A stretch of 58,548 nt of DNA from a virus. Taxonomy: Duplodnaviria > Caudoviricetes. Of the stretch, positions 20,468-30,897 are shown piece by piece. The stretch is taken from positions 1-58,548 of the IMG/VR virus record IMGVR_UViG_3300046167_000506, one strand, 5' to 3'. The translations under genes were made by a program, and so were the position numbers. Below the pieces are notes generated by a model. It saw only the letters and a program-made list of their open reading frames with translations, searched no databases and had not been told where the DNA came from. Each line of letters opens with the position of its first letter. The first letter of the stretch is position 1.

Positions 20468-21255
20468 CCTGCTTTCTTATCAAATTTATTAAGTAACCCT
20501 ACAACATATTTTGCTAGCGGTGACTTCTCATCGCCGGCAAGCTTTTTCATTTTCTTAGATTGTGTTGGATTAAAGATATACTCACCGCCGGTAGCTTCTC
20601 CAATCTTCTGTCCGTCTTTAACCAAATCGATAGGATTGCTATTATGGCTAAACTCACCCGGCGTCTTCATACCGTCTTTACCGGTTTTAGGATAGTAAGT
20701 GTCCATGTAGTCGCTATCAGAATAAGCGCTCATTGCCATAGTACCTGCTTGCGCCATATTGTTGATAGCGCTTGACTGCATCTGTCTACCAGCTTGATAA
20801 CCCATCTGAGCACCTTGCAGATCATTAAAGTAACCTTGAGCGCCCAATTGGGTGTTCATCATTCCGGTGCGCATTTGTGCTCCAGCTAATCCTTCAAGTG
20901 CAGATAGTTCTTGTTGCTGAGATTGTGCTCCAATACCTGCAACCGTTGTGTCTGTTCTGCGTTGAGCCGCCGACAGACCTCCGATTAATGCACGAGAACC
21001 ACCAGCCTGCAAAGCAGAAGCGGTATCAGCCATGCCTTGTTGAGCTTGCCGCGTAGCAAGCTGAGCCCCTTTGTTTTCTTTAGCCTTCATGTAAAGGTCA
21101 AAGTATTCTTGCGGTGTTTCCATCTTAGGAATACCCGCAGAGCGAATCTCTTCCTCTCGTGCTTCTGCTTTCTTAGCCTCCTTACGGCCGGAGAGATATT
21201 GGGCTCCGGCTGTAATTCCCTGGACTATAAGCATTCCGGTTACTGGATCTATCAT
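20464..21255 (-). CDS. putative internal virion protein
   Basis: A/G/Q-rich, hydrophobic MIDPVTG N-terminus like podovirus ejection proteins; C-terminal GEFSH..NPID..GEATGGEYIFNP. Confidence 0.65.
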   Translation of the reverse strand: MIDPVTGMLIVQGITAGAQYLSGRKEAKKAEAREEEIRSAGIPKMETPQEYFDLYMKAKENKGAQLATRQAQQGMADTASALQAGGSRALIGGLSAAQRRTDTTVAGIGAQSQQQELSALEGLAGAQMRTGMMNTQLGAQGYFNDLQGAQMGYQAGRQMQSSAINNMAQAGTMAMSAYSDSDYMDTYYPKTGKDGMKTPGEFSHNSNPIDLVKDGQKIGEATGGEYIFNPTQSKKMKKLAGDEKSPLAKYVVGLLNKFDKKAG

Positions 21256-21272
21256 AATAGTATACTATTTTA

Positions 21273-21280
21273 CAAATTTA
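21273..21280 (-). promoter_or_regulatory. Bacteroidota -7 promoter box (TAAATTTG)
   Basis: TAnnTTTG 17 nt upstream of the ATG at 21255. Confidence 0.6.
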
Positions 21281-21284
21281 ATAA

Positions 21285-24200
21285 TTATCTCTGACTCATA
21301 GCCGAATGCATCGGACTGTCTACAAACACTGTGTTTACAGCGTATAGCTCCGACTTATCATTATGCACAGAATTCGTGAGTTCTATTTTAGCATAGTAAT
21401 CTCTAAGCGTATCACCCTCGTGTTTAGCAGATAATACGGCAACTAAAGTATAACCTTCTTCTTGGCCGGTAAGCGCTGAGCTAGTGGTTATTGTTTTAGC
21501 TGTATTTATGCTAACCACCGTTCTATTTAAGTTAGTCATAGAACTGCCGTTTACCAAATACAATGCAGATCCTATAGGGATAGGAAGTCTGTTGACCTTG
21601 TTTTCAAACGTTACGGTAGTCCCATTTACAGAATCTACAACTCCTAGGGTCACATAGTTAGCGGTGGATGCGCTAGTGTCTCTAGGTATAGCAGCGTAAT
21701 ATCCGCGCTCTCTCTCATCAAAATCTCCAGCAGCAATACTGGTTGTTTGACTAGAAGTAGATACGACAGCCGACCACACAGAATCACCTTCTAGCGATAA
21801 CGCCTGGAAAGATTTGACCATGGATGGATTGGCGTTTGCAATGATTGAAATCTTTGCGTCGTAGTTCGTGCCATAGAAATTGCCATACGCTGAGCCAGCA
21901 CCATGTTCCCACATGTATTGTTGCGTATTGCTAACGCTAACGACTTTGAAAGAGAAAAATCTATCATTGATGTGGGTATAGAAGTCTGGCTTAAAAGAAT
22001 AGAAAGACGTGAACACTCTCTTGTTATGACTATACCCAATGGTAAAACCAGTGTAGTTTCCACGGTCTTTGCTGGTCAATACATATTCTGAATTATCTGG
22101 ATCAAACCCTGCAACGATGTCCATCTCCGTCTTTCCGCTTTCAACCAAGTAAGAAGAGAATTTCTTGTCAAAGAAAGAATCCATATTAGGATCGCTGATT
22201 GGAGTAACACCGTCTCTAGAGATACGTAATACACGTTGAGCCTTTATATCAGCAAAGTACATCATTCCGAACCGCTCAACAATAGCAGCAGGATAACCGC
22301 TAGAACCAAAGTCACCGGCATAATAATTAGGTGTACTAAACACCACATTAGAAACCACCACGTTTTGATCGCTAAGAGTTTCTAGTATATTTCTGTTAAC
22401 ACCAACAATACCAACCTTGTGCTCTTGGAACACATAAAGTCTATCCGTCTGATCAACAAGTCGATCTATCTTGCCGTGACGTATCTCAAAGTCACTAAAG
22501 TTAGCGGTAGTAGGGTTGAAGCTAGAGAGGCTTAGTATATTGCTATCAGCTATGTAGGGTGCTGAGTATGTGACGGAAGAACGTCTGCGCACCTGCTTAG
22601 CGTCTTCATTGATTGCGTGTGGCCGCCCTCTAGACGTTACCTCAGAATCAAAGTAATCACTAACACTAGACGACTCTACGTAGAAGGTTTCGTATTCATA
22701 GTCACTATAATTGTCCTCGTTGTATTCAGAGTTACTAGAATCAAAAGGAGCAACAAGTACTTCGCGAGGTTTAAAGTAAACATCGCCATCCGAAAGCTGT
22801 ACCACTGGGTAACCGCCATTTGTTGTGTCGCCCACGTGAGCTCCAGAAGTAATGTCATAAACCTCACCTATTTCGTAGTAAACGGTATCGTTGTTAATTG
22901 TGTTTGGAGAAAGTATTTCTACCATAACTCTTTGACCCCAGTCATCACTTCCAGCCTTTACCTTTGTAAGATTAAAGTTGCTGTATGTTTTGGTAGCATA
23001 ATCCTCGTCTCGTATTACAATAAAATTAGAAGCACGGTTAGGTGTTACCTCTGAACTGTCAGTGATAATCTCTTTACTTAGTACATTATAAATTTGATTG
23101 TCTGGATACCTACGCACCTCAGAAGAGTCGTGGAATGAAATGATTCGTAATACATCACCTTGCTTATATGTGTATTCTAAATCAGCACCCTTGTCCTTGC
23201 TATAGGATTTGTTTTGACCTTCTAGGGGGAATAGATCTAGATATATACTGTCTTGGTCAGAAACATAATGAGCACCAGCGACTCCATATTGAAGAAAGCT
23301 TGCGTACGTTTCGTTGCCACCATACACTATCTGATACTTCTTGGCCCAGCTGGGAGGTGAGTGTTTAATCTTTAAGTCGATCTGCACTCTCCCTAAGTTT
23401 GAGCTACGTGCAGAGTCGGCATATCCTCCTACATACACGCCGTCTATCTTTTGCACAAAAGAAGATCGCCCCTTAGCATCGTAATATACGATGCCGAAGT
23501 TATGCATAGCGCTGGTTTTAAACGAAGAAAGCCCTGCCTCCAAAGAACGTTTTATGTCTTTTTGCAAAGTTACATTTGCAGAAGAAACATATCTAAAGTT
23601 AGACACGCCAAGAGAGCTGGACGCACTTGTTCTAGTATCAGCGGTCGGTCCCCCGTCAATAGTAACAACGCGTCTTGAAGTTGAACTATTGTAGTGAACT
23701 TTTGCCCTTAACACATCAAACTCAACATCTATCTTTCTCTTGTTTGCTACTCCATAAGATGAATCAGCGGTAAAGGATAGTTCTATTTCTGGGAAATCTA
23801 GCGCAGCTTCCACTTGATCTCCTACAGAATATTGTTGTGTACCCGAGCCAACAGAGGTTACGACACCCGTAGCGTTAAAGTTTACACCGTTGTTTGTGTA
23901 GTCGTAAGCAATGTTTGATGTCGCAGCAAATTGCGACCTTACTTCGTCGAGTATCTGATTACGAGTCATTACAGACCCAGCAATGATTGTAGCGCTAAGA
24001 ACCTTATCTGTACTGTAAGGAACATCTATGTAATTATTTGTATTCGAATTACCAGTGTGTTTTCCGAGACCGTAGTTTCCGTTATTAGAACCAATAACAT
24101 AATCCTCGCTAAACAAGTACGCCGGGGAGTCTCTGCTTATTCTGAAAGAACCTTGAGAAGTTCCGCGCAGTGTTACTTTAAGTCTGATAATAGCACCCTG

Positions 24201-25382
24201 GCCATAGCTATCAGCCATATTTGTTCCGTCAATAATAATAGCTGGGCTGTTTCCTAGAGAGATAGGTTGCAGTGTAGCGTCTATTGTGCCAGTATCTTCC
24301 AGCCCTTTATACGTAATAGAAGACTCTACGTTAATATCCACATTATCGTAGCCCTCTGTATAATCGCCGTACACTAATCGATTACCGGATAGGGTTTGCG
24401 CGTGTGCCTTTAGCGGCACATTATCAAAGACCTTGTCTATTTCTAAAGTAGCAACAGCCGGGAACATCCCATCATTAGTAAAGTCAAAGGTAGGATTAGC
24501 TGCAGTACCGTTATCTACTTCTTCAATTTTATAAAAGACTGTAGTCCCACCAAGACGGGCAAGGAATCGAATAGATTCAACTTCCGATCCACCGTTCTGA
24601 TAGGACAGTACAATCTTGTTATTTACTCTTTCAAACTCTGGCTCTACAACACCAGTACCATATGTATTGGGGTTTACCGCCATCTTAGAGTATGTTGATA
24701 TAGCGCTTACTTCTCCGTCTTTATAAATGTACTGATACGCAAACTGAAAGGTCTTATCGGTGACATTGTTACTTTGAACGGCAGCATCTGTGGCGTACTC
24801 AAACGTGATCGGGTCTAGCGGTGGGGTTTTACAGACGGCGAAGAACTCGTCTCTTTCTGCGTTTGTATAATACCCAGTAGCCGTGCTGTTTTTCCAGATA
24901 ACATCTCTATTGGCTAACATGCGGTCCACATTAATCTTTTTAGGCTCGCCTACTCCATCAGTAAAATACACAATTGCTTCATCGTCGCCGTTGAATACAA
25001 CACTAGATTCTACAAAAGAATCAATATCAAAACCCAACTGAGTGCCACGATATAGTATTTTATACTTATTTAAGTTTACATCATAGATATAAATATGATC
25101 TATGTTTACAGAATTACTCTCTGCCTTTGCAAAGTATACCACCTGCTGTTTCTTTGGTACAGCCACAGAGCCGATAACCTTAAGGCTTGTTGGTGTAAAG
25201 TACACCTCGTCAGAAGAGCTTTGCTCTACATGTGTATTACCTTTTATGGTTTTAACGATACCAGCATTGCCGTCATCGTCAGATGAAACCTGCACGTTCT
25301 CTGCATTCAACATCTCTATCGGCTTGAGAAGTTTCTCGTCCGAAGCTTTGTTGAGGTATTGTGGTACGTTCTTGATTATCAT
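21285..25382 (-). CDS. tail stabilization/nozzle protein (P22 gp10 / crAss muzzle-like)
   Basis: 1365 aa; LNKASDEKLL..NAENV, YFTDG..EPKKIN, FAYQYIYKDGEVSAIS, GNRLVYGDYTEGYD, FGIVYYDAKGRSS motifs. Confidence 0.8.
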   Translation of the reverse strand: MIIKNVPQYLNKASDEKLLKPIEMLNAENVQVSSDDDGNAGIVKTIKGNTHVEQSSSDEVYFTPTSLKVIGSVAVPKKQQVVYFAKAESNSVNIDHIYIYDVNLNKYKILYRGTQLGFDIDSFVESSVVFNGDDEAIVYFTDGVGEPKKINVDRMLANRDVIWKNSTATGYYTNAERDEFFAVCKTPPLDPITFEYATDAAVQSNNVTDKTFQFAYQYIYKDGEVSAISTYSKMAVNPNTYGTGVVEPEFERVNNKIVLSYQNGGSEVESIRFLARLGGTTVFYKIEEVDNGTAANPTFDFTNDGMFPAVATLEIDKVFDNVPLKAHAQTLSGNRLVYGDYTEGYDNVDINVESSITYKGLEDTGTIDATLQPISLGNSPAIIIDGTNMADSYGQGAIIRLKVTLRGTSQGSFRISRDSPAYLFSEDYVIGSNNGNYGLGKHTGNSNTNNYIDVPYSTDKVLSATIIAGSVMTRNQILDEVRSQFAATSNIAYDYTNNGVNFNATGVVTSVGSGTQQYSVGDQVEAALDFPEIELSFTADSSYGVANKRKIDVEFDVLRAKVHYNSSTSRRVVTIDGGPTADTRTSASSSLGVSNFRYVSSANVTLQKDIKRSLEAGLSSFKTSAMHNFGIVYYDAKGRSSFVQKIDGVYVGGYADSARSSNLGRVQIDLKIKHSPPSWAKKYQIVYGGNETYASFLQYGVAGAHYVSDQDSIYLDLFPLEGQNKSYSKDKGADLEYTYKQGDVLRIISFHDSSEVRRYPDNQIYNVLSKEIITDSSEVTPNRASNFIVIRDEDYATKTYSNFNLTKVKAGSDDWGQRVMVEILSPNTINNDTVYYEIGEVYDITSGAHVGDTTNGGYPVVQLSDGDVYFKPREVLVAPFDSSNSEYNEDNYSDYEYETFYVESSSVSDYFDSEVTSRGRPHAINEDAKQVRRRSSVTYSAPYIADSNILSLSSFNPTTANFSDFEIRHGKIDRLVDQTDRLYVFQEHKVGIVGVNRNILETLSDQNVVVSNVVFSTPNYYAGDFGSSGYPAAIVERFGMMYFADIKAQRVLRISRDGVTPISDPNMDSFFDKKFSSYLVESGKTEMDIVAGFDPDNSEYVLTSKDRGNYTGFTIGYSHNKRVFTSFYSFKPDFYTHINDRFFSFKVVSVSNTQQYMWEHGAGSAYGNFYGTNYDAKISIIANANPSMVKSFQALSLEGDSVWSAVVSTSSQTTSIAAGDFDERERGYYAAIPRDTSASTANYVTLGVVDSVNGTTVTFENKVNRLPIPIGSALYLVNGSSMTNLNRTVVSINTAKTITTSSALTGQEEGYTLVAVLSAKHEGDTLRDYYAKIELTNSVHNDKSELYAVNTVFVDSPMHSAMSQR

Positions 25383-26206
25383 AATTTAGGAGACTGCTTA
25401 GAATTCTTACGAATAACCTTGAGTGCTTCTTCTTTGGTGAACCTTTTTAGTCTGGAGTTAGCCAGCCTGCGTTCGTTATAGTATTCTGTACGTGCACGCA
25501 TCTTTTCGTTCATGGGTACAGTTGCCTTGTGCTGAATGAGTTTGTAGTAAATATACGCACGCAACGCCTCTTCTATAAACACATGTACAGTAGGGTTTTT
25601 GCTTCTTGCCTCATCACACACGTATTCCAGAACCACTGTATTGACCTGGTTATTAATACTGAGTTCAATACGACTCTGATCTAAATTGATGCGGTACTCA
25701 CCGCTATACTGTCCCCCGCCAAGTCCATACAACTGACCCGCGCTGTTTTCATACAAGTAGTTTCTAAAAACATAAGAGTCATATCCTTTAAGAGAGCTAT
25801 ATTCTTGGGCAGTTTCTGTTACATCCAGCCTATCAAAAACACCGTCAGAATCAGAGTCTATAGCGTTAGCAGCAAGCAGGTCACTACCAGAGGTAACCTT
25901 ATACTTCTGAGCAATATGCATGTTTCTGTTTTCACCAAAGACATACACCAACCCGTCTCCACCGATGACGCCAACCTTAACTAAGTCCACGTAGTCGTCT
26001 GGTAATTCAACCGTATTATTATCAGTATTTACGTTCATCTTTAACGAGCGTATCTTCTGAGATAAATCAAACCCCATCTCACGTATACCGCGAAGGGCAA
26101 ATGTGCGAATCAATGTATCCGTAGCGTTAGCTACAAAGTCATCACCGTCTAACGTGATAATGAAGTCGTTAACTATCTGCTCTAAGTTTACGTAGTTTCT
26201 AGCCAT
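25379..26206 (-). CDS. tail tubular/ring (adaptor) protein
   Basis: ELPDDYVDLVKVG motif; position between capsid and nozzle genes. Confidence 0.7.
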   Translation of the reverse strand: MARNYVNLEQIVNDFIITLDGDDFVANATDTLIRTFALRGIREMGFDLSQKIRSLKMNVNTDNNTVELPDDYVDLVKVGVIGGDGLVYVFGENRNMHIAQKYKVTSGSDLLAANAIDSDSDGVFDRLDVTETAQEYSSLKGYDSYVFRNYLYENSAGQLYGLGGGQYSGEYRINLDQSRIELSINNQVNTVVLEYVCDEARSKNPTVHVFIEEALRAYIYYKLIQHKATVPMNEKMRARTEYYNERRLANSRLKRFTKEEALKVIRKNSKQSPKL

Positions 26207-26943
26207 TATTGTTTGTTTTTAACGTCCTCCTGGCTAGCATACGTAAACACATCTTTATCCCTTAAGTTGATACCGATAAGCATTGCTATCTGAGTTACCA
26301 GCTCGGGAACATAATGGTCCGGCAGTTCAAAGTCTACACTAGTATTAGCCGCGTATACGTGCACCCCGTTAGAGGTGGTGTATCCAAACGACGGAAGACT
26401 AGCGGTTCTTGTGCCAGTTGTAGGGCTAAGGCCTTCTGGGTATTTATAGTATGTAAGTCTTAATCGACTAATGGCGCTAGGAAAAACCTCAATGTCATCA
26501 GATATCAACCCAATAGGATGTGCCTCGCTAGGCGCTGATAAGTCGCTTTTTAAGATATAGTCAATCTTAGATTCATCGTACAGCACTTCAACGTTCACAC
26601 GAGTGCTTTGACCCAACAAGATTGTACCCCCGGAGGTCATAGATATTAGATATGCAAAGTCGTCTGGCTTATTAAATACGCCATTAGATTTTGACAAGGT
26701 TGTCGTTTTTGATAAAGAAGAAAGGTCTTCTTTAATTTGATTGTCGACAGACATATGTCGACTGCCGTCTGCTTGACGTAAACGAAGTCTTTTACTTGCC
26801 ACGATCTTATCAAGCATACCCTTAAACACATTCACCTGCGCTATTTGAGCAAAGTTGTTAAACACAGATGGCGTTACAAAACCCTTTTGCTCTTTATTCG
26901 CAAGGTCTTTTAAGGTGTTATATACCGTATTAACACTAGCCAT
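26206..26943 (-). CDS. tail ring / head-tail connector protein
   Basis: SVNTVYNT..LANKEQKGFVTPSVFNNFAQIAQ and DFELP motifs; synteny. Confidence 0.7.
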   Translation of the reverse strand: MASVNTVYNTLKDLANKEQKGFVTPSVFNNFAQIAQVNVFKGMLDKIVASKRLRLRQADGSRHMSVDNQIKEDLSSLSKTTTLSKSNGVFNKPDDFAYLISMTSGGTILLGQSTRVNVEVLYDESKIDYILKSDLSAPSEAHPIGLISDDIEVFPSAISRLRLTYYKYPEGLSPTTGTRTASLPSFGYTTSNGVHVYAANTSVDFELPDHYVPELVTQIAMLIGINLRDKDVFTYASQEDVKNKQ

Positions 26944-26964
26944 TTTATTACTTTTAGATACCTA

Positions 26965-26972
26965 CAAATATA
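26965..26972 (-). promoter_or_regulatory. Bacteroidota -7 promoter box (TATATTTG)
   Basis: upstream of 26943, directly after a terminator. Confidence 0.65.
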
Positions 26973-26974
26973 CC

Positions 26975-27002
26975 AAAAAGAAAGGGGCAGTTTCCCGCCC
27001 CT
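26975..27002 (-). terminator. intrinsic terminator
   Basis: AGGGGC/GCCCCT stem followed on the - strand by TTCTTTTT. Confidence 0.6.
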
Positions 27003-27032
27003 CACTATATCAACTTTCTAATTAGCAGTAAC

Positions 27033-27815
27033 TTATAAGTTACTGGTCTTTTGTTCTAATTCACTGAGGACCAACGCACCCTTGTCTGTCATACAAAAAC
27101 GAGTCACAACGTCTATTGTGTCTTGACCTACTGGTGTAGCTAAGATAAGCTTGCTGCTATCAAACCAGTATGCACCGCTAGGTTCAGTCTTAATAATTTG
27201 ATACATCTCAGCTTTCTTCACCGTAGCGCGTACCGTAACCATTGGGTTGTCAAAGCTTTGTAAGAATCCAGATGGGTTAGACCGGGCTTGTTGTAACAAA
27301 TCAAAACGAATCTCACTTGCCTGGCGGTCTACATTAATATTATAGAACAACGCGATAGGCATAAGCTCATCGATAGATTTATCACGAACAGCATTAACCG
27401 CATCTAATACTTTGAATTCCTGGGTTAACTGCTCTTCTGCTGTTCTCTCGTTATCTACCATTTCAAAACGGTTGCCACCGTTTTGGGCATTACCAGGATG
27501 CAAATCAAGATACAGAATTAGATTAGGCTTTGTATAAGATACATAAAGAAGGCTATCATAAAACATGATATGCTCTCTCTTTGCAAATTCACTTTGTTCG
27601 TCTCTCCAGACAGAACGCTCGTTTGGACAATAACGCAACTCACGAACAGAGTTGCTAGATTCATCATACACCGTTACTCCGGTTTGCGGTAGAGAATAAA
27701 CGATTCCCCCTCCGTTGATGACTTTATAAATGCGATCCTTTTTTTCAAAGGTATCTTTTTCGCTGCCTGCCTTACGGCTTTTAGTGGCAGCCTTTTTTAC
27801 TGTAGCTGATGCCAT
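27033..27815 (-). CDS. conserved head-associated protein downstream of the major capsid gene
   Basis: RELRYCPNERS..DEQ and LDLHPGN motifs; synteny. Confidence 0.65.
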   Translation of the reverse strand: MASATVKKAATKSRKAGSEKDTFEKKDRIYKVINGGGIVYSLPQTGVTVYDESSNSVRELRYCPNERSVWRDEQSEFAKREHIMFYDSLLYVSYTKPNLILYLDLHPGNAQNGGNRFEMVDNERTAEEQLTQEFKVLDAVNAVRDKSIDELMPIALFYNINVDRQASEIRFDLLQQARSNPSGFLQSFDNPMVTVRATVKKAEMYQIIKTEPSGAYWFDSSKLILATPVGQDTIDVVTRFCMTDKGALVLSELEQKTSNL

Positions 27816-27850
27816 TTTAATAGTATTTAATTAAATTTTAAAAAAGATAT

Positions 27851-27873
27851 AAAGGGGAGACCGAAGCCTCCCC
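27851..27873 (-). terminator. intrinsic terminator after the major capsid gene
   Basis: GGGGAG/CTCCCC stem followed by a T-rich tract on the - strand. Confidence 0.6.
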
Positions 27874-27888
27874 CCCATATCAAAGTAC

Positions 27889-29253
27889 TTACTTAGTAAT
27901 TAAAGCGTGACGGTTAGCACCACGCGTTACCAAACATACCTCAGAGCGGTAGTTGAACTGAGCGAAGTCATTACCGTCAGTGTTAGCACCTAACACAGAA
28001 CCAGTAATCCAGTGCTCCATCTCACGGCTGTAACCGTTAGAAGCTTTGTAGTTCAATTCCAATGATGGGTTGCGGTCACCACTCTTAGCATCTACTACTG
28101 TAGATAGTGGGATAGCAGCACCAACAAACTCTTTTGCGTCTCCCAACAACTGTGGGTCGTTCAACAACTTCCAGTCGTGCTTGTGGAAAGTATATCCACC
28201 ACGAGTGAATGATTTGAAACCTAGCTCTACAGCCATGTCACTGTCATTGTTGAATGCACCGAAGTTAGCAGCCAAACCAGTAGTCGTACCACCAGCAGCA
28301 GTGTGACCTGCAGAAGCCAACATGTCGTCGATAGCTAAATCTTGGTCGCGGTTTACATATAGAGCGTACTCAGAGTTAGCACCTTGCTTGTCAAATTCTT
28401 TAATTAAAGAATCGAAATCGCTCAATGCAGTCATAGCACCACCAGATACGTTAATACCACGGTCAGCGATAGCAGCGAAGTAACCTTCAGAACCAGAGAT
28501 ACCGTTTAATGCAGCATCAGAAGAAGTTACTTTCTGACCTAACAACATCATCATTTCACGCTTGTCCATGAAACGCTGACGAGTATCGCCTTCGTTTTTC
28601 AAGTACCAACGGTAATCACCGTTACCCAAGTTAATCCAACCGATGTTGGTTGCTTGAGAACCAGAAACTTTGTAAGTTTCTTTCATGATCATGTAATCGT
28701 TTGTACGTAAAGTAACGTTGCTCTCGAAGAACTCACCTGGCTGGTCAGTACCTTGTGCATACAAGTTACCAACGATAGCGATCTTGCCAGAACCTACAGC
28801 GATTGCTGGTAAGTTAGCGTCTAACAAGTTTTTAACTACGAAAGATGTACCAGCTGTTACAGCAGAAACGTAAGCACGCTCGCCGCCGGTTAACAATACG
28901 ATATCTCCTACACGAACAAAAGTGTCGTTAGACCCTAGTGTTACAGTTTGAGACTTTGCAGCAGCAACTGGAGAACCAGCAACAGTGTAACCTTGAATCG
29001 GATGTAGACGAGTTTCTTCCCACCATTGTACCTTGTCGTTTGTTCCTGCAGCTTTAACAGCTCCAGTTAGTTTCAAAAACCCAGTGATACCTTGATCACC
29101 GAATGTCTTTACCAACAACTCACGGTTATCCGGTTTGTTGATTGCGTCGATGTAGTCTCCTAACGCGCTGTATTTCTCAATCGTTGCGCGACGTACTACT
29201 CCATTTGCAGAGCTATCAGCGTCGCCGAATGCTCCAGTAATTCCAAAAGCCAT
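27889..29253 (-). CDS. major capsid protein
   Basis: 454 aa; WWEETRLH, VSGSQATNIGW, GSEGYFAAI, LGFKSFTRGGYTFHKHDWKLLND; strong codon bias; follows the scaffold gene and ends in a terminator. Confidence 0.85.
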   Translation of the reverse strand: MAFGITGAFGDADSSANGVVRRATIEKYSALGDYIDAINKPDNRELLVKTFGDQGITGFLKLTGAVKAAGTNDKVQWWEETRLHPIQGYTVAGSPVAAAKSQTVTLGSNDTFVRVGDIVLLTGGERAYVSAVTAGTSFVVKNLLDANLPAIAVGSGKIAIVGNLYAQGTDQPGEFFESNVTLRTNDYMIMKETYKVSGSQATNIGWINLGNGDYRWYLKNEGDTRQRFMDKREMMMLLGQKVTSSDAALNGISGSEGYFAAIADRGINVSGGAMTALSDFDSLIKEFDKQGANSEYALYVNRDQDLAIDDMLASAGHTAAGGTTTGLAANFGAFNNDSDMAVELGFKSFTRGGYTFHKHDWKLLNDPQLLGDAKEFVGAAIPLSTVVDAKSGDRNPSLELNYKASNGYSREMEHWITGSVLGANTDGNDFAQFNYRSEVCLVTRGANRHALITK

Positions 29254-29273
29254 AATAGTTTATTTAGGCGTTA

Positions 29274-30380
29274 TTATTTAAATCTCATCAAATTGTCTCC
29301 ACCTCCTAAGAGTGCGTTAACAATCTGTTCTTCAACCGGATTACGATCTTTGCTTTGCTGAACTGGGTTAGAAGCGTCGACATTAGCTGCACGTGTAACA
29401 ATGTTTTTTTGCCCATCCCCCAAACCTTGTCGGTATGCGGACTGAACAATACCATCAATATTATCAATGATAGTACGGTGCGCGCTTAATGTCTCATGGT
29501 CCCACTTACCAGAGTCATCAACGTATTGATCAAAAAACTCATCAAGTCGAGCATTCTTATCCTTTAGAGTTGAGCGGTAGTTATCATCTATTGCGTACTT
29601 AAATTGACTTCCCTTACCTAGATCGAAATCTAATGAGGACATGTTATCAACTACGCCAGACATGGTATCTACCCACTGATCGTCTATAGGACTCTGAATT
29701 TCTTCTGAAGAGGCAGGCTTTTCTACCGGCAACATGTATCCATTTCGGACATCGTTGATTTTGGATCTGGCCTTATCAGCATCCATCTTGAGTTGAAGCT
29801 TGGAGTATGTGACATCTTGTTCATCGTACATGTCCTCATCCACCTTATACTTCTTGTCTAGAAGGAGGTTGATCTCATCGTTAGAAAGATTAGGGAAATC
29901 ACTTGCCAATTCTAATCGCACTACTGACTTGTCGTCCATTTCGGACGGATTAAGTGATTGGTAGCGAAACCAGTCTTCTGGACTACGACCCGTATTCTCA
30001 ACAAAGTCTGCAATAACCTTAATACTCTCTGGCAAAAGAATCTCTTCTTGAGCTTGAGTTTCATCCCCGAAGCTAACGTCATCCCAAGAACCGAACTTCG
30101 TATCCATCTTTTCATTAAGATACTCTAAGAACGTAGCGTCTATGTCTATGTCGTCATCTTCTGTCGAAGAACCTTGCTGCATTTGTGCCGGTTCAGCTTC
30201 CGGTGTAATATCTTCAGTAGACTGAACCACTGGCTCTTCTACTGGTTGTTGTGTTTCTTCTGTAGCGGTAGATTGCTCTGGTGCTGGTGAAGAATCGCTT
30301 TCGAAATCCGGGGTGTCGCTAATTTCGATACCCATTGCAGAAGCCGCTGCTTCTAGTGATGATTGAACTGAACTTGCCAT
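29274..30380 (-). CDS. capsid scaffolding protein
   Basis: very acidic N-terminus and helical body; directly upstream of the capsid gene. Confidence 0.7.
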   Translation of the reverse strand: MASSVQSSLEAAASAMGIEISDTPDFESDSSPAPEQSTATEETQQPVEEPVVQSTEDITPEAEPAQMQQGSSTEDDDIDIDATFLEYLNEKMDTKFGSWDDVSFGDETQAQEEILLPESIKVIADFVENTGRSPEDWFRYQSLNPSEMDDKSVVRLELASDFPNLSNDEINLLLDKKYKVDEDMYDEQDVTYSKLQLKMDADKARSKINDVRNGYMLPVEKPASSEEIQSPIDDQWVDTMSGVVDNMSSLDFDLGKGSQFKYAIDDNYRSTLKDKNARLDEFFDQYVDDSGKWDHETLSAHRTIIDNIDGIVQSAYRQGLGDGQKNIVTRAANVDASNPVQQSKDRNPVEEQIVNALLGGGDNLMRFK

Positions 30381-30407
30381 ATAAATTGATTTTCAATAAA
30401 TTATACA

Positions 30408-30415
30408 CAAAGATA
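30408..30415 (-). promoter_or_regulatory. Bacteroidota -7 promoter box (TATCTTTG)
   Basis: upstream of the scaffold-capsid operon. Confidence 0.65.
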
Positions 30416-30503
30416 GATAATAAAACATTTTTTTCGCAGGGGGGTTGCTATTGTGAATAGAATTTGATAACTTGGTACTAGTTAAACTTAAAACATATGC
30501 CTT

Positions 30504-30839
30504 ATGAAGAATGTAATTCTGGTGTTAGCGATTTTATTCGTAACACAAACACAAGCTCAAGTATCAATCTTAGACATCCTGCCTACAGACGTAGAGCAAG
30601 AGATTCAAATCGACGAACTCCTTGGAGGTAACGACACGTGTGTATTTACGTACCAGACTGACGCCATCCAAAAGATTGACAACCTGGTGTTTTTAGAACA
30701 CAGAGTAAATAGATTTACGAATGCACTGGTTTACAAAGTGAAGGGGACTCCCTTTAAAGTTAGATTAGTAACACCCGATGAAGACGACGAAATTCAAGAT
30801 CCGTTTATTCGAGTATACAGAATTTTATTGCAACGATAG
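30504..30839 (+). CDS. secreted protein with signal peptide, inverted within the late region
   Basis: MKNVILVLAILFVTQTQA-Q Sec-type signal; ends at a bidirectional hairpin. Confidence 0.65.
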   Translation: MKNVILVLAILFVTQTQAQVSILDILPTDVEQEIQIDELLGGNDTCVFTYQTDAIQKIDNLVFLEHRVNRFTNALVYKVKGTPFKVRLVTPDEDDEIQDPFIRVYRILLQR

Positions 30840-30864
30840 GTTTGGTTTGGTTTGTTGCAATAAG

Positions 30865-30892
30865 AAAAAGGGGGTCCGTTTGGGCCCCCTTT
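30865..30892. terminator. bidirectional intrinsic terminator
   Basis: AAAAAGGGGGTCC-GTTT-GGGCCCCCTTT between convergent genes. Confidence 0.75.
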
Positions 30893-30897
30893 ATTCG

